The notes below the pieces were generated by a model. That model was not told the origin of the DNA. It made no database searches and worked only from the letters and a program-made list of their open reading frames with translations. 50,674 nt of DNA from Promethearchaeati archaeon (lineage in GTDB: Archaea; Asgardarchaeota; Heimdallarchaeia; Heimdallarchaeales; Heimdallarchaeaceae): contig JABLTJ010000037.1 in the NCBI GenBank assembly GCA_013166775.1, positions 1 through 50,674 on the forward strand, written 5' to 3'. The translations under genes and the position numbers were made by a program. Positions 36,118-45,539 of this stretch are shown here, in pieces (position 1 is the stretch's first letter; each line of letters begins with the position of its first letter).

Positions 36118-36924
36118 TTGAGTAATAAAACTGCTGTGCAAGGTGGAGTTCATTTACTATCGGGGTTGATTCTGGCTAGCCTTTCAAAGAGAAAGGAATT
36201 CAAGCTAGGAGCTGTTATTGGTGCTATTCTTCCTGATTTTGATATAATAATTACAGCTTTCGCTTATCTAGCAATAGGAGAAAAAGCTGCAGATCTTCAT
36301 CGCTCTTTCTCTCACAGTCTACTCTTTATTGCAGTTGTTGCTGGAATAACAATTTCACTCAGATTTGTTCCACAAATTAAAAAAAGAACTTCTTATGATT
36401 TTGTTGGTTTAGGGATTGGTTTAGGAATCGGTTTTTTGACTCATGGTGTGCTTGATATGGCATATCTTTACGGAATTCAATTCTTGTGGCCGTTCTCTAA
36501 AGAATTAATAGGTTTTCCAATCGTTCCTTTCGAATCTTTTGATACTAACCTCGCTTCCGATACTCTCAAACTCAAGCTTCTTCAAACAACTGATTTTTAT
36601 ACAGATATTTTTCTATTCTATATTCCTATTCTTTTTCTAGCCTATAAAATGAAAAAACATGAAGAACTACATCTACCATTCTTGATTTATATTATTGCAG
36701 ATTTTATCGTAACAACAGTATTCGTAGGATTGTCTTTTAGAGCTTCAGTATCTTATGAAGACCATACAATTCAACTTTATTATCTTGGAACATTTTTCTT
36801 AATGATTTCACTGATTGCTCCAATACTATTTAGAGATGTTATAAGAGAATTCAAGTTTGAACCTTGGATAATGATAATAATTGTTGCTTTAGTAGTATTT
36901 TCACAATTTCTGTTCTATGTTTGA
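36118..36924 (+). CDS. Membrane-bound metal-dependent hydrolase (YdjM-like)
   Basis: H near the N-terminus, LPDFD, HRSFSHS, THGVLD, GIQFLWP. Confidence 0.85.
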   Translation: MSNKTAVQGGVHLLSGLILASLSKRKEFKLGAVIGAILPDFDIIITAFAYLAIGEKAADLHRSFSHSLLFIAVVAGITISLRFVPQIKKRTSYDFVGLGIGLGIGFLTHGVLDMAYLYGIQFLWPFSKELIGFPIVPFESFDTNLASDTLKLKLLQTTDFYTDIFLFYIPILFLAYKMKKHEELHLPFLIYIIADFIVTTVFVGLSFRASVSYEDHTIQLYYLGTFFLMISLIAPILFRDVIREFKFEPWIMIIIVALVVFSQFLFYV

Positions 36925-36934
36925 TAAATAGAGA

Positions 36935-38584
36935 TTAAATGAAATCATTTTCATCTAATTCTGATAATTGAAGGAAAATATCCTCTTTGACTAGAGTCTT
37001 ACTGACTATCTTCATTAATCTGTTAATTATCTTCTCTGCGATTACTTCTTTACCAGAGAGCATTAATTCTTTGAATATACTTACCAATCCTTCCAGCACT
37101 TCAGGATCAGCTGATAAGTAGAGAATTGTTTTGATATATTGCTTTACATCACTTGGTAAGAGGTCTTTGTTTGCCACTAATTTTGAATATGCTAATAATA
37201 TTTGTTCCATCACTCCTATATCTTTGTGCAATTTCAAACATTCTATAAATACAGAAGCGAATCTCTTTGTAAACTTCTCTGGATGATTAAGTATAAAACT
37301 TTCAATGATACTGTAAGCTCTGAATGCTAAAAACGAATGATGGGATTTGATTGTAACATCCTCCATTGTTGAAAAGATTACAGTCGCTCTTTTCTTTGTT
37401 TTTATAGAAAAAGCATATTTTTCTATGTTCTGGATAGCAGAATAACAAATGTCCTCAACTTTTGTGTTCAATACTATTTCAGTTAATGCTGATATAGCTG
37501 GATCAACTACTTCTTTTTCAGATTCATGAATTATTTGAGTGAAGAGTTCTATAGCTCTGATTCTTACATTCTTATTATGATGCGATTTGAGAATTTTCAC
37601 TATTCGTTGAACATTTTCTTCATTCAAAATTTCCTTAATGATGATTGCTTCCAATGCTTTAAGTCCCATCTCTCTTAATCTATCCTCATAAGTTGCTCTT
37701 ACAATCCCTATTATGAGATCTACTAAAATAGGCATTTTTTCCTCTTGAATCAATACTAAATCAGGATATGAGAAGAGAGCAATCTCTCTTATTTTTTGAT
37801 CATAAGAAAAAGTGAGAAGTTTAACTATATCATTTGTATACAAACTCATTTTTGCTAAGGATTTTTTCTTGACTATGATTTCTTCCAAGCATTTGAAAGC
37901 AGCAATTCGCATTTCACTTTCATCTGATGCCTTATAAAGCATAATATAAGCTTCCGCGATACCGAAAAATGGTGTGTATCTATCAATATTTGTGATAATA
38001 TTATTCAAACAACCGATTGCATTTAATCGTTCTATTTCATCAGAGCTCACCCTCAAGATTTCTGAAAGTGCTATAGCAACATCTCGACCCATATTGGAGT
38101 CATCTATTGGGAGTAAAAGAATTGAATTGATTATTGATTTGACATTCGGTTGTTTTTTCAGATATTTGTCTTTCTCTACAGAGTGAAAGAGTTGTTTTAA
38201 TTCCAAAGAGTCTTTCCAATCAAATTTTGTTTTACGCATGCCTTTTCGAATAATTTCGAAATCCTTAGTGAGATTAAAGAGCTGACCACCAATATTCTTA
38301 GTAAATTCAGTATCTATTGTTTCTTGTGTCTTCTTTAATTCTTCAAGAATGTCTTCTTCTTCAATTTCCTCTGCTGTCATCAGAGAAGCTAAAGCTTGAG
38401 AAGCAGCATCTCTTACACGTGGATTTGGATCAGTAAGTTGAGCATTTAACAGAACCTCCAAAACAATTGATTCTCGATAATTAGCTAAAATGTATGCTGC
38501 TCTTTCTCTTTGTAATGGAATAGAACTATACTTTAATTGTTTTATCAAACCTTCAATATCAGAAGCTTCAGTATGCTCATTCAT
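36935..38584 (-). CDS. HEAT/ARM-repeat alpha-solenoid protein
   Basis: RERAAYILA, VRDAASQALA, RIAAFKCL, REIALFS, REMGLKAL, RIRAIELF repeats. Confidence 0.8.
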   Translation of the reverse strand: MNEHTEASDIEGLIKQLKYSSIPLQRERAAYILANYRESIVLEVLLNAQLTDPNPRVRDAASQALASLMTAEEIEEEDILEELKKTQETIDTEFTKNIGGQLFNLTKDFEIIRKGMRKTKFDWKDSLELKQLFHSVEKDKYLKKQPNVKSIINSILLLPIDDSNMGRDVAIALSEILRVSSDEIERLNAIGCLNNIITNIDRYTPFFGIAEAYIMLYKASDESEMRIAAFKCLEEIIVKKKSLAKMSLYTNDIVKLLTFSYDQKIREIALFSYPDLVLIQEEKMPILVDLIIGIVRATYEDRLREMGLKALEAIIIKEILNEENVQRIVKILKSHHNKNVRIRAIELFTQIIHESEKEVVDPAISALTEIVLNTKVEDICYSAIQNIEKYAFSIKTKKRATVIFSTMEDVTIKSHHSFLAFRAYSIIESFILNHPEKFTKRFASVFIECLKLHKDIGVMEQILLAYSKLVANKDLLPSDVKQYIKTILYLSADPEVLEGLVSIFKELMLSGKEVIAEKIINRLMKIVSKTLVKEDIFLQLSELDENDFI

Positions 38585-38657
38585 TGGACAATTAAATAGA
38601 CGCTTTTGACTATTTGAATTTTGTTTTATTGTTATATTTGTATGATAACAATAAAGG

Positions 38658-38665
38658 TTTAAAAT
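38658..38665 (+). promoter_or_regulatory. Archaeal TATA box of dehydrogenase gene
   Basis: TTTAAAAT 21 nt upstream of ATG 38687, preceded by purine-rich BRE-like ATAAAGG. Confidence 0.55.
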
Positions 38666-38686
38666 AATACTCTCAATTGGTCAAAT

Positions 38687-39679
38687 ATGAAAGTTCTATA
38701 TATGATGACAAAACCAAATGAAGAAAGTGAAAAAACTATTCATGAAATTCTCGACGAATCAGCTGAACTTGTATTTTACAGCGATCTTAATGATGATGAG
38801 AAAGATGTTTCTCTTTCTCAAGCTGATATTATACTTGGTTTTAGTTTATCAGAAGAACAGCTTCAAAAAGCAAAGAACTTGAAACTTCAGCAGACTTTTG
38901 CAACTGGTGTAGATAGGCATCTATTAAAGATATTCAAGGAAAGAGGAATAGTATTTTCTAATAATCACGGACATGCTTTCATTATTGCTGAATTTGGTTT
39001 TGCTTTGCTTAATGCTGCCTCGAAAGAATTAATTCAAAATGATCAATTATTAAGGAAAGGAGATTGGCATCCGAGAAAATATAATTCTGTAACTTTATTT
39101 AATAAAACATTACTCTTTTTAGGATACGGAGAAATTGCCAAGAGTTTCAAGAAACTTGTTGAACCTTTCAACATGAAATTAATAGCAATAAAGAAGTCAA
39201 AAGAGAGTGATGATTCTGATGTTAAGATATATTTACCTGAAAAAAAACTAGAAGCTATTAAACAAGCGGATTTCATCTTTAACAGTCTTCCTAAAACACC
39301 GAAAACAGTTAATTTTCTTGATAAAGAGGAATTTGATTCAATGAAATCCAGTGCGATTGTAATCAATGTTGGAAGAGGAGATACCATAAATGATGAAGCA
39401 CTCTACAATGCATTAAAGGAGAAAAAAATTAAAGGAGCAGCTATAGATACTTGGTATATTTATCCAGATAAAAGAGGGGGAGAAGAACAAGAGCCTATGC
39501 CTTGTTATCCGTCTAAATTACCTTTTCATGAATTGGACAACATTATCATGAGTCCTCATAGAGCTTGGGCAACGGATTTATCTTTATTTGAGATAACAAA
39601 AGAACTATTACTAAACATTAATAGATTCATTAGAGGAGAGCAACTGGTAAATATAGTGGATTTGGATGAAGGGTATTAA
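38687..39679 (+). CDS. D-isomer-specific 2-hydroxyacid dehydrogenase
   Basis: ATGVD, LGYGEIA Rossmann motif, INVGRG (Arg), GAAIDTW, MSPHRA (His). Confidence 0.92.
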   Translation: MKVLYMMTKPNEESEKTIHEILDESAELVFYSDLNDDEKDVSLSQADIILGFSLSEEQLQKAKNLKLQQTFATGVDRHLLKIFKERGIVFSNNHGHAFIIAEFGFALLNAASKELIQNDQLLRKGDWHPRKYNSVTLFNKTLLFLGYGEIAKSFKKLVEPFNMKLIAIKKSKESDDSDVKIYLPEKKLEAIKQADFIFNSLPKTPKTVNFLDKEEFDSMKSSAIVINVGRGDTINDEALYNALKEKKIKGAAIDTWYIYPDKRGGEEQEPMPCYPSKLPFHELDNIIMSPHRAWATDLSLFEITKELLLNINRFIRGEQLVNIVDLDEGY

Positions 39680-39684
39680 TTACC

Positions 39685-40980
39685 TTAGTGCTTAATTTTT
39701 AACACAGCTTTGGGGATAAGTCTCGTCCCGATTACACTTACTATACATAGAATCCAAATTAGAATTATTATTCCACTTATTTCATAAATGTTGTACGCAA
39801 CATCAGCTAAAAGAGGACCAATTACCATTCCAGTGCCATAAACAACACTGTAAGCTCCCATTGAGCTCCCATAATTTTCCTTTTTCGTAAGATCTGCAAG
39901 TAAAGCTAAAGCTGCAGGTGGAAAAGCACCACATCCAATACCTATCACTAGTAAAGCTGGAGATAGATATATCAACATTTTATCATTAGAATGATTTGAA
40001 CCGAATACTAGAAGTGTAACAAAAGCTGCAAATGAAAACATACCTATGTATAGAAAAGGCTTTCTACCTACACGATCACTTAGTATTCCATTTATTGGGA
40101 ATCCAATGAGTATTGAACCAAATATGATTACTAAAACAATTATTAAGCTAACATTATGAAGAGCTAATTCACTAGCTAAATCTTCAGATCTTCGGAGTAC
40201 TATTGCATAAAGACAGATTATTGGAATCCAGACAGGTAACAGGTAGCGAATATTCTTATCTTTAAGCACAGTAACTAGTTTTGTAAAGAAGCCTTCATCT
40301 GTAACTAAATCAGGTTGGAAGATTGTTTTTCGTAAGAAAATAATAGCTAAAATAAGTGCGATAAAGATTACAACTGATGCAATAATGAATAGAGTTTCCG
40401 GTCTGTGATCTAGTAAGAAATACCAGAAAGTAGAAGTCTCAGGAATTAATTCTTCAAAATGAATTTCTAGTAGAAGAAATCCTCCACCAAAACCTAATCC
40501 TAATCCTAGAAGTGTCATTGCATCATAGAAACCCATGAATCTTCCTCGTTTATCAGAAGGTGATTTATCTGCAACCATTGCTAAAGTTGAAGCTACTTGA
40601 GCAGCTGCACCAACTCCCATAATCATGGAAAAAACAAGTAGAACACCGAATATTTGTGTAAAACTAAATAATAAGATAGCAAATCCAGTCACTCCTAAAC
40701 CTATAAAGTAAACAATTTTCCTTCCTACTTTATCTGCCATTACTCCAAAGAAAGCTACTGTAAGTAATTCAGCTAGAGGATAAACAATGAACAATAAAGT
40801 TCGTTGTATAGAAGTGAAACCTACAAGGTAATTTGGATTAGTAAATATTGCAATTGACATATAGAACCCCGCTCTCATTAGAAGAGTTGTAATGAAGACT
40901 ATAATTAATGAGCGAGGTAGAGAAAGAAGGTCTTTTATTCGACTTTTCTTTTCTGTTGGTTCTTTATCACTCTGAGACAT
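39685..40980 (-). CDS. MFS transporter
   Basis: 12 TM; motif A twice (GVMADKVGRK, GILSDRVGRK). Confidence 0.92.
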   Translation of the reverse strand: MSQSDKEPTEKKSRIKDLLSLPRSLIIVFITTLLMRAGFYMSIAIFTNPNYLVGFTSIQRTLLFIVYPLAELLTVAFFGVMADKVGRKIVYFIGLGVTGFAILLFSFTQIFGVLLVFSMIMGVGAAAQVASTLAMVADKSPSDKRGRFMGFYDAMTLLGLGLGFGGGFLLLEIHFEELIPETSTFWYFLLDHRPETLFIIASVVIFIALILAIIFLRKTIFQPDLVTDEGFFTKLVTVLKDKNIRYLLPVWIPIICLYAIVLRRSEDLASELALHNVSLIIVLVIIFGSILIGFPINGILSDRVGRKPFLYIGMFSFAAFVTLLVFGSNHSNDKMLIYLSPALLVIGIGCGAFPPAALALLADLTKKENYGSSMGAYSVVYGTGMVIGPLLADVAYNIYEISGIIILIWILCIVSVIGTRLIPKAVLKIKH

Positions 40981-41174
40981 CTTTGTCTTAATTTTATATA
41001 ATATATTTATGCTTAACTATTTAACAATCTAAATAATATACAGAAAACAAGGATTAATGCTTTGACTCGAATAATTTTCCAGAAAAATAACTTAAACGAA
41101 AATTAAGTGAAATTCTCACCCTCATTTGTTCAAGTTAAGTTCCTTTGATGAGATAATAATCTCAACCAATAAGA

Positions 41175-41182
41175 TTATAAAT
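41175..41182 (+). promoter_or_regulatory. Archaeal TATA box of ABC permease operon
   Basis: TTATAAAT 22 nt upstream of ATG 41205. Confidence 0.6.
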
Positions 41183-41204
41183 ATTCTTGTAGGTTTAGTC
41201 TCTA

Positions 41205-44200
41205 ATGAAGTTTAAAAAACAAGCGTTAAACGGCATTCTGATACTCTTAATTCTAACTAGCACATGCAGTATAATTACTTCAATTCAATCTGATGTAGAT
41301 AATGAAGATACGGAACAGCTCTTTCTTATTTCAAAAAGGGAAAACAATGAAGAATCTATTAAATCTAAGTCAATAACAGATGAATTCGGTAATTTTCATT
41401 TCGTTTCAAAAATCTCATATGATAATAATAGCTTCATTCTTTTTCATACAGTTAATGATCAAGTAAACACGTTAATCATTGAAGAATATGAGTACGATTT
41501 CTTCGAAGTTTTTGCTTTTTCTGGAGGAATTGTTTTATTTTATGCTTATCATAATTTTTATGGAATACTAAAATTCCATATGTACAAGTGGTCATTAAAT
41601 TCATCAGAAGATATTGAAATTCTGGAATTCAATACTAGATTGCTTTATCCAAAAGTATATATTTTCATGGAAGAAGATAACTTTCATCTTTTTATCACGC
41701 AGATGTACTCTGCTAATCCTCAGTCTGAAGATACAGATACAACAATTTATCATTATAGAGTTTTTCTTAATGGAACTTGCACACCTAATAATTTGACTCC
41801 ATCTTGGACAATCCAAAATGAATTTGATTATTTCATTGATCTTGATTTTGTTGATGGGATTCTTTATTTGTTCTATGTACATATTCAAGATTTCTTTGGC
41901 TTTGTACTTCCTGAAAGGTTCTATCAAACAATCGTTTCTTCACCTAATAGCACATATGAATCTAATTTCATGGAAGTGGATGAAGTAGGATTCGATAAAG
42001 AATTTTTTGTTACGGAAGATGGATATATTCATCTAGCTCTTGCTAGGGAAGGAGCATTGTATACTTTAGATTATCTCATTAATCAGTCAATAAGCTTTGA
42101 TATGTGTAATATTTCTGACATTGGTTTAGCAAATTATAATTCTTTTTTCGCAATTAAAACAGATAATAATTATTCTTATATTTTTAATTCTGAACCTCAT
42201 ATTTCAGCTGAGAATCTCTTTAAACAGAAAAGTGTACAATCATCAATAATAATAATGACTCTTACTGATGTTGGTTTTCATAGAGAAATCATCTATCTTA
42301 GAAATCTTCCCATAGAAGCAAATTATCATTCATACCATATACAAAAAATAGAAAACGAATATTGGACTTATATTCATTCAACCATACTAACAAAGAAAGA
42401 TATCGAAAGAAAGGATATAGTTTACAGTAATTTCATTGGATTCTTTATTGAATCAACAATACCTCTGGAGCAAAATTTTGATTTATTATTTCATAATTTA
42501 AGAGTCTTGACAGGTTTTCAATATTTTTGGAAAACTATTGGAGTCTATATTATTGGAGTTATTGGTGGATTAGCTCTTATTTATATCATATTCAGAAAAA
42601 GAATAAACTTAATTGTGAGAAAAAGCGCGAAATTTCTTACAAAGCCTTCAGATAGAAAATTAAGCAAATTTATTCGTATTTTTGTTAATATTTGGATTTT
42701 CATTTCCAGTGGTGTTACTGCTCTTTTCATTCTATTCAAGACTAATAAGAAAAGACACTTCATGAATCTAATTGGAATGACAATACTTGCTGTTATAGTG
42801 CTAACAAGTATCAATATCTATGCTTCAAAACAGCAAGTAATAACTGGTGAATATATAAATCAAATCAATTTAATAAATGATGGAACGCCAACTCTTAGTT
42901 GGACTTTAGATTTTGATGAAGATTTATTCGGAGAAAGAATACCACTAAGAACTGATCTCTTCAATATTAGTCTGGAAGAAATTCTAACAAAAATAAAATT
43001 AGAACAGAAAGTTCTATCAGAAGTTGTATCAGGTTTGGAATTATCATCACATATGCATTTAGCTTCTCACGAATCAGGTGATAATTCCACTTCTTGGAAC
43101 CTCCCTTATTTAATATTATCAGAAAATTATTCAATAATTTTTGAAGAATCTTTAGTATCAGGAAGATTACCTGAAAGGAAAGGAGAAATTATTTTCAATG
43201 CTGATGAAGCAAACGATTTAGGTTTATCAATCGGAGACAATCTGACTTCTTATGGAGCTTTTCTATTGGGGATTGATCCTGAATTTGGAGAGACTAATGT
43301 TATAGTTGAGATAGTAGGATTATATGATTCACTTACAAGAGAAGAACGTGAGTATATATGCACATCAAATGGTATTGCATATGATGCAATCGCACAATTA
43401 TATCCTGCATTATTCGAAGGAATGGTAGCATTCACTGGTTTTGGTTTAGAATCATTAGAAGGCTTATATCCATATTATTTGGGCATTTCAACCCAAATCC
43501 AGTTCTATTATGATTTTAGTCAATTCGATTCTGCTTTATTGTCTACTTTGAGAGAGGAATTAGCGAGTCTCTCTGAAGGCAATGATCATTTGTTTGGTTT
43601 TTCTTCCCATGCAGTATGGAGTTTTGGAAATGAATTACTTCCAGTAATTGAGAATCTGGATACCAAAATACAATCATCTATATTTTTATTCTTTATACTA
43701 GCAGTTCCGATTCTTTATTTGGCAATTTTTCTGATAGTAGAAACTAATAATATCTATAGTAAAAATCAGGAAGAGGAGATTTTTATTTTTCAATCAAAAG
43801 GAATGCCTAATTCTAGAATCATCTTAAATTATACAATACTAAAGGTAATTGAGGCTCTATTTGCCACATTATTTGGTTTCTTAATATCACTTGCTTTAAC
43901 TCCCATTTTTCTTAAAATAGACAAGTTTATTTCCTTTCAAAATCCATCTATAAATACTAATATTTCTACAGTGGGAATTACTTTCATTTATACAGCAGTA
44001 ATTCTAGTTCTTGTTTCTCTTCCAAAAATTATACAAATTTCAAGAAAAAGGAGAACTAGTGAAAAATCCCCTAAAAGAATTATTTCTTTATTACATAGAA
44101 TAAGATTAATGCCAATAATTATGATAGCAATTGGAGCAGTGGTTCTTTATTCTAGTTCTAGACTTTATGTTATGTTATACCAAAGCCTAGAAGGAATTTC

Positions 44201-45539
44201 AAGCGTAACAATTTTAATGATTTTCATTTACATTGCTGGCTTAGGTCTCATGTTAGGTTTATTTGGAGCAGGATTACTCCTAAAAGAGTTTCATGCTATT
44301 TTAATGATCGCTATCAGTAAAGTAGTCTGGAAGATTAAGAAATCTGTAAAATCTTTTTCCTTAATTGAAGTACGTTCTGATATACATCTGTTTAATAATC
44401 TATTCTTAACTTTCTTTATTTTAGCAGGAATTATTCTACCCTCAATCGTATGTCCAATTTCTGTACAGTATAATTTTGAGAAAGACTCCTATCTTAGAAC
44501 TGGATCTGATATGTATATCTTCAACTGGGAGGATCAAAATCAATCTTTGCTACCAGATATCATGAATCTCCCTAATGTTGAAAGTGTAACAAATATTACC
44601 GCAATAGAAGGAAATTACGAAGGATACAATCTTAACTTCTATTTAATCAATAACACCAAAGACTTTTTATCAACAGCATATCAACCTCCGAAACAACTCT
44701 TTAGCAACTGGGAAGAACGAATCTCGGAAATTGCTGGGACAAATACCATGTTAACAACAACTTATTTCATAAATTCCATGGTTGAAGGACAAAGATTAAG
44801 TTTTACATTCGAAGATTCGGTAGAAGGCATAGATGAAGAATTTGTTATATTAGGGGAATTTGATTATCTTCCAGTATTTTATGAAATTGGTCCTTATACA
44901 GGAGTATCAGGAAGAGAAAGATCCATGATTATGACTGCTCAGAACTTTGCTCTAATTGAAGAATCAGTAAGCAGTAAAGCTTCCTATAAAGATAGGCTTT
45001 TGATTAAACTAAAAAAAGGAGCAGAATTCAGTAGAACAAAAACAACTCTAGAAGAAGAATTTCTTTTAGATGTTAGAGTGGCTAAAGAGGAAATTGCAGA
45101 TGCGCAATTTGCAAGCTACCCATTCTATTCAATGATAGCTGCGGAATTTGTTATCTCAATGTTAATCTGTATAATAGCAATCATTTTCATTAGTATAAGT
45201 AATCCAATTAAGATTCTACAGCATAGAACACATAAACATGATAGACTCAAGAAAATGGGAATATCAACAAAAAGGATTATTAGATTAACAATATGGGAAA
45301 CATTCTTTTCAGGTGTTCTGCCAGGTCTAATTGTTGGAGCTGGAGCAGGTTTAGCATTAATTTACTTATTTATAACTACAACAAAGAAATACTTCTACTC
45401 TGGAATAAACTTTCTTTACATTTTTCCACCTTTATCAATTATTTTGAGCTTTGTAGTTGCACCTTTATTGTTCTATACTATATTCTATTTATCAATGAAA
45501 AGAAATTACGCGAGGTATATGCCCAGAAATATTGAATAG
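41205..45539 (+). CDS. Giant FtsX/MacB-type (type VII) ABC permease with extra N-terminal extracellular domain
   Basis: Signal peptide; GRLPERKGEI and LSIGD of the MacB extracytoplasmic domain; two FtsX-like TM blocks (FQSKGM..I, LKKMGISTKRII); TGSDM. Confidence 0.85.
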   Translation: MKFKKQALNGILILLILTSTCSIITSIQSDVDNEDTEQLFLISKRENNEESIKSKSITDEFGNFHFVSKISYDNNSFILFHTVNDQVNTLIIEEYEYDFFEVFAFSGGIVLFYAYHNFYGILKFHMYKWSLNSSEDIEILEFNTRLLYPKVYIFMEEDNFHLFITQMYSANPQSEDTDTTIYHYRVFLNGTCTPNNLTPSWTIQNEFDYFIDLDFVDGILYLFYVHIQDFFGFVLPERFYQTIVSSPNSTYESNFMEVDEVGFDKEFFVTEDGYIHLALAREGALYTLDYLINQSISFDMCNISDIGLANYNSFFAIKTDNNYSYIFNSEPHISAENLFKQKSVQSSIIIMTLTDVGFHREIIYLRNLPIEANYHSYHIQKIENEYWTYIHSTILTKKDIERKDIVYSNFIGFFIESTIPLEQNFDLLFHNLRVLTGFQYFWKTIGVYIIGVIGGLALIYIIFRKRINLIVRKSAKFLTKPSDRKLSKFIRIFVNIWIFISSGVTALFILFKTNKKRHFMNLIGMTILAVIVLTSINIYASKQQVITGEYINQINLINDGTPTLSWTLDFDEDLFGERIPLRTDLFNISLEEILTKIKLEQKVLSEVVSGLELSSHMHLASHESGDNSTSWNLPYLILSENYSIIFEESLVSGRLPERKGEIIFNADEANDLGLSIGDNLTSYGAFLLGIDPEFGETNVIVEIVGLYDSLTREEREYICTSNGIAYDAIAQLYPALFEGMVAFTGFGLESLEGLYPYYLGISTQIQFYYDFSQFDSALLSTLREELASLSEGNDHLFGFSSHAVWSFGNELLPVIENLDTKIQSSIFLFFILAVPILYLAIFLIVETNNIYSKNQEEEIFIFQSKGMPNSRIILNYTILKVIEALFATLFGFLISLALTPIFLKIDKFISFQNPSINTNISTVGITFIYTAVILVLVSLPKIIQISRKRRTSEKSPKRIISLLHRIRLMPIIMIAIGAVVLYSSSRLYVMLYQSLEGISSVTILMIFIYIAGLGLMLGLFGAGLLLKEFHAILMIAISKVVWKIKKSVKSFSLIEVRSDIHLFNNLFLTFFILAGIILPSIVCPISVQYNFEKDSYLRTGSDMYIFNWEDQNQSLLPDIMNLPNVESVTNITAIEGNYEGYNLNFYLINNTKDFLSTAYQPPKQLFSNWEERISEIAGTNTMLTTTYFINSMVEGQRLSFTFEDSVEGIDEEFVILGEFDYLPVFYEIGPYTGVSGRERSMIMTAQNFALIEESVSSKASYKDRLLIKLKKGAEFSRTKTTLEEEFLLDVRVAKEEIADAQFASYPFYSMIAAEFVISMLICIIAIIFISISNPIKILQHRTHKHDRLKKMGISTKRIIRLTIWETFFSGVLPGLIVGAGAGLALIYLFITTTKKYFYSGINFLYIFPPLSIILSFVVAPLLFYTIFYLSMKRNYARYMPRNIE

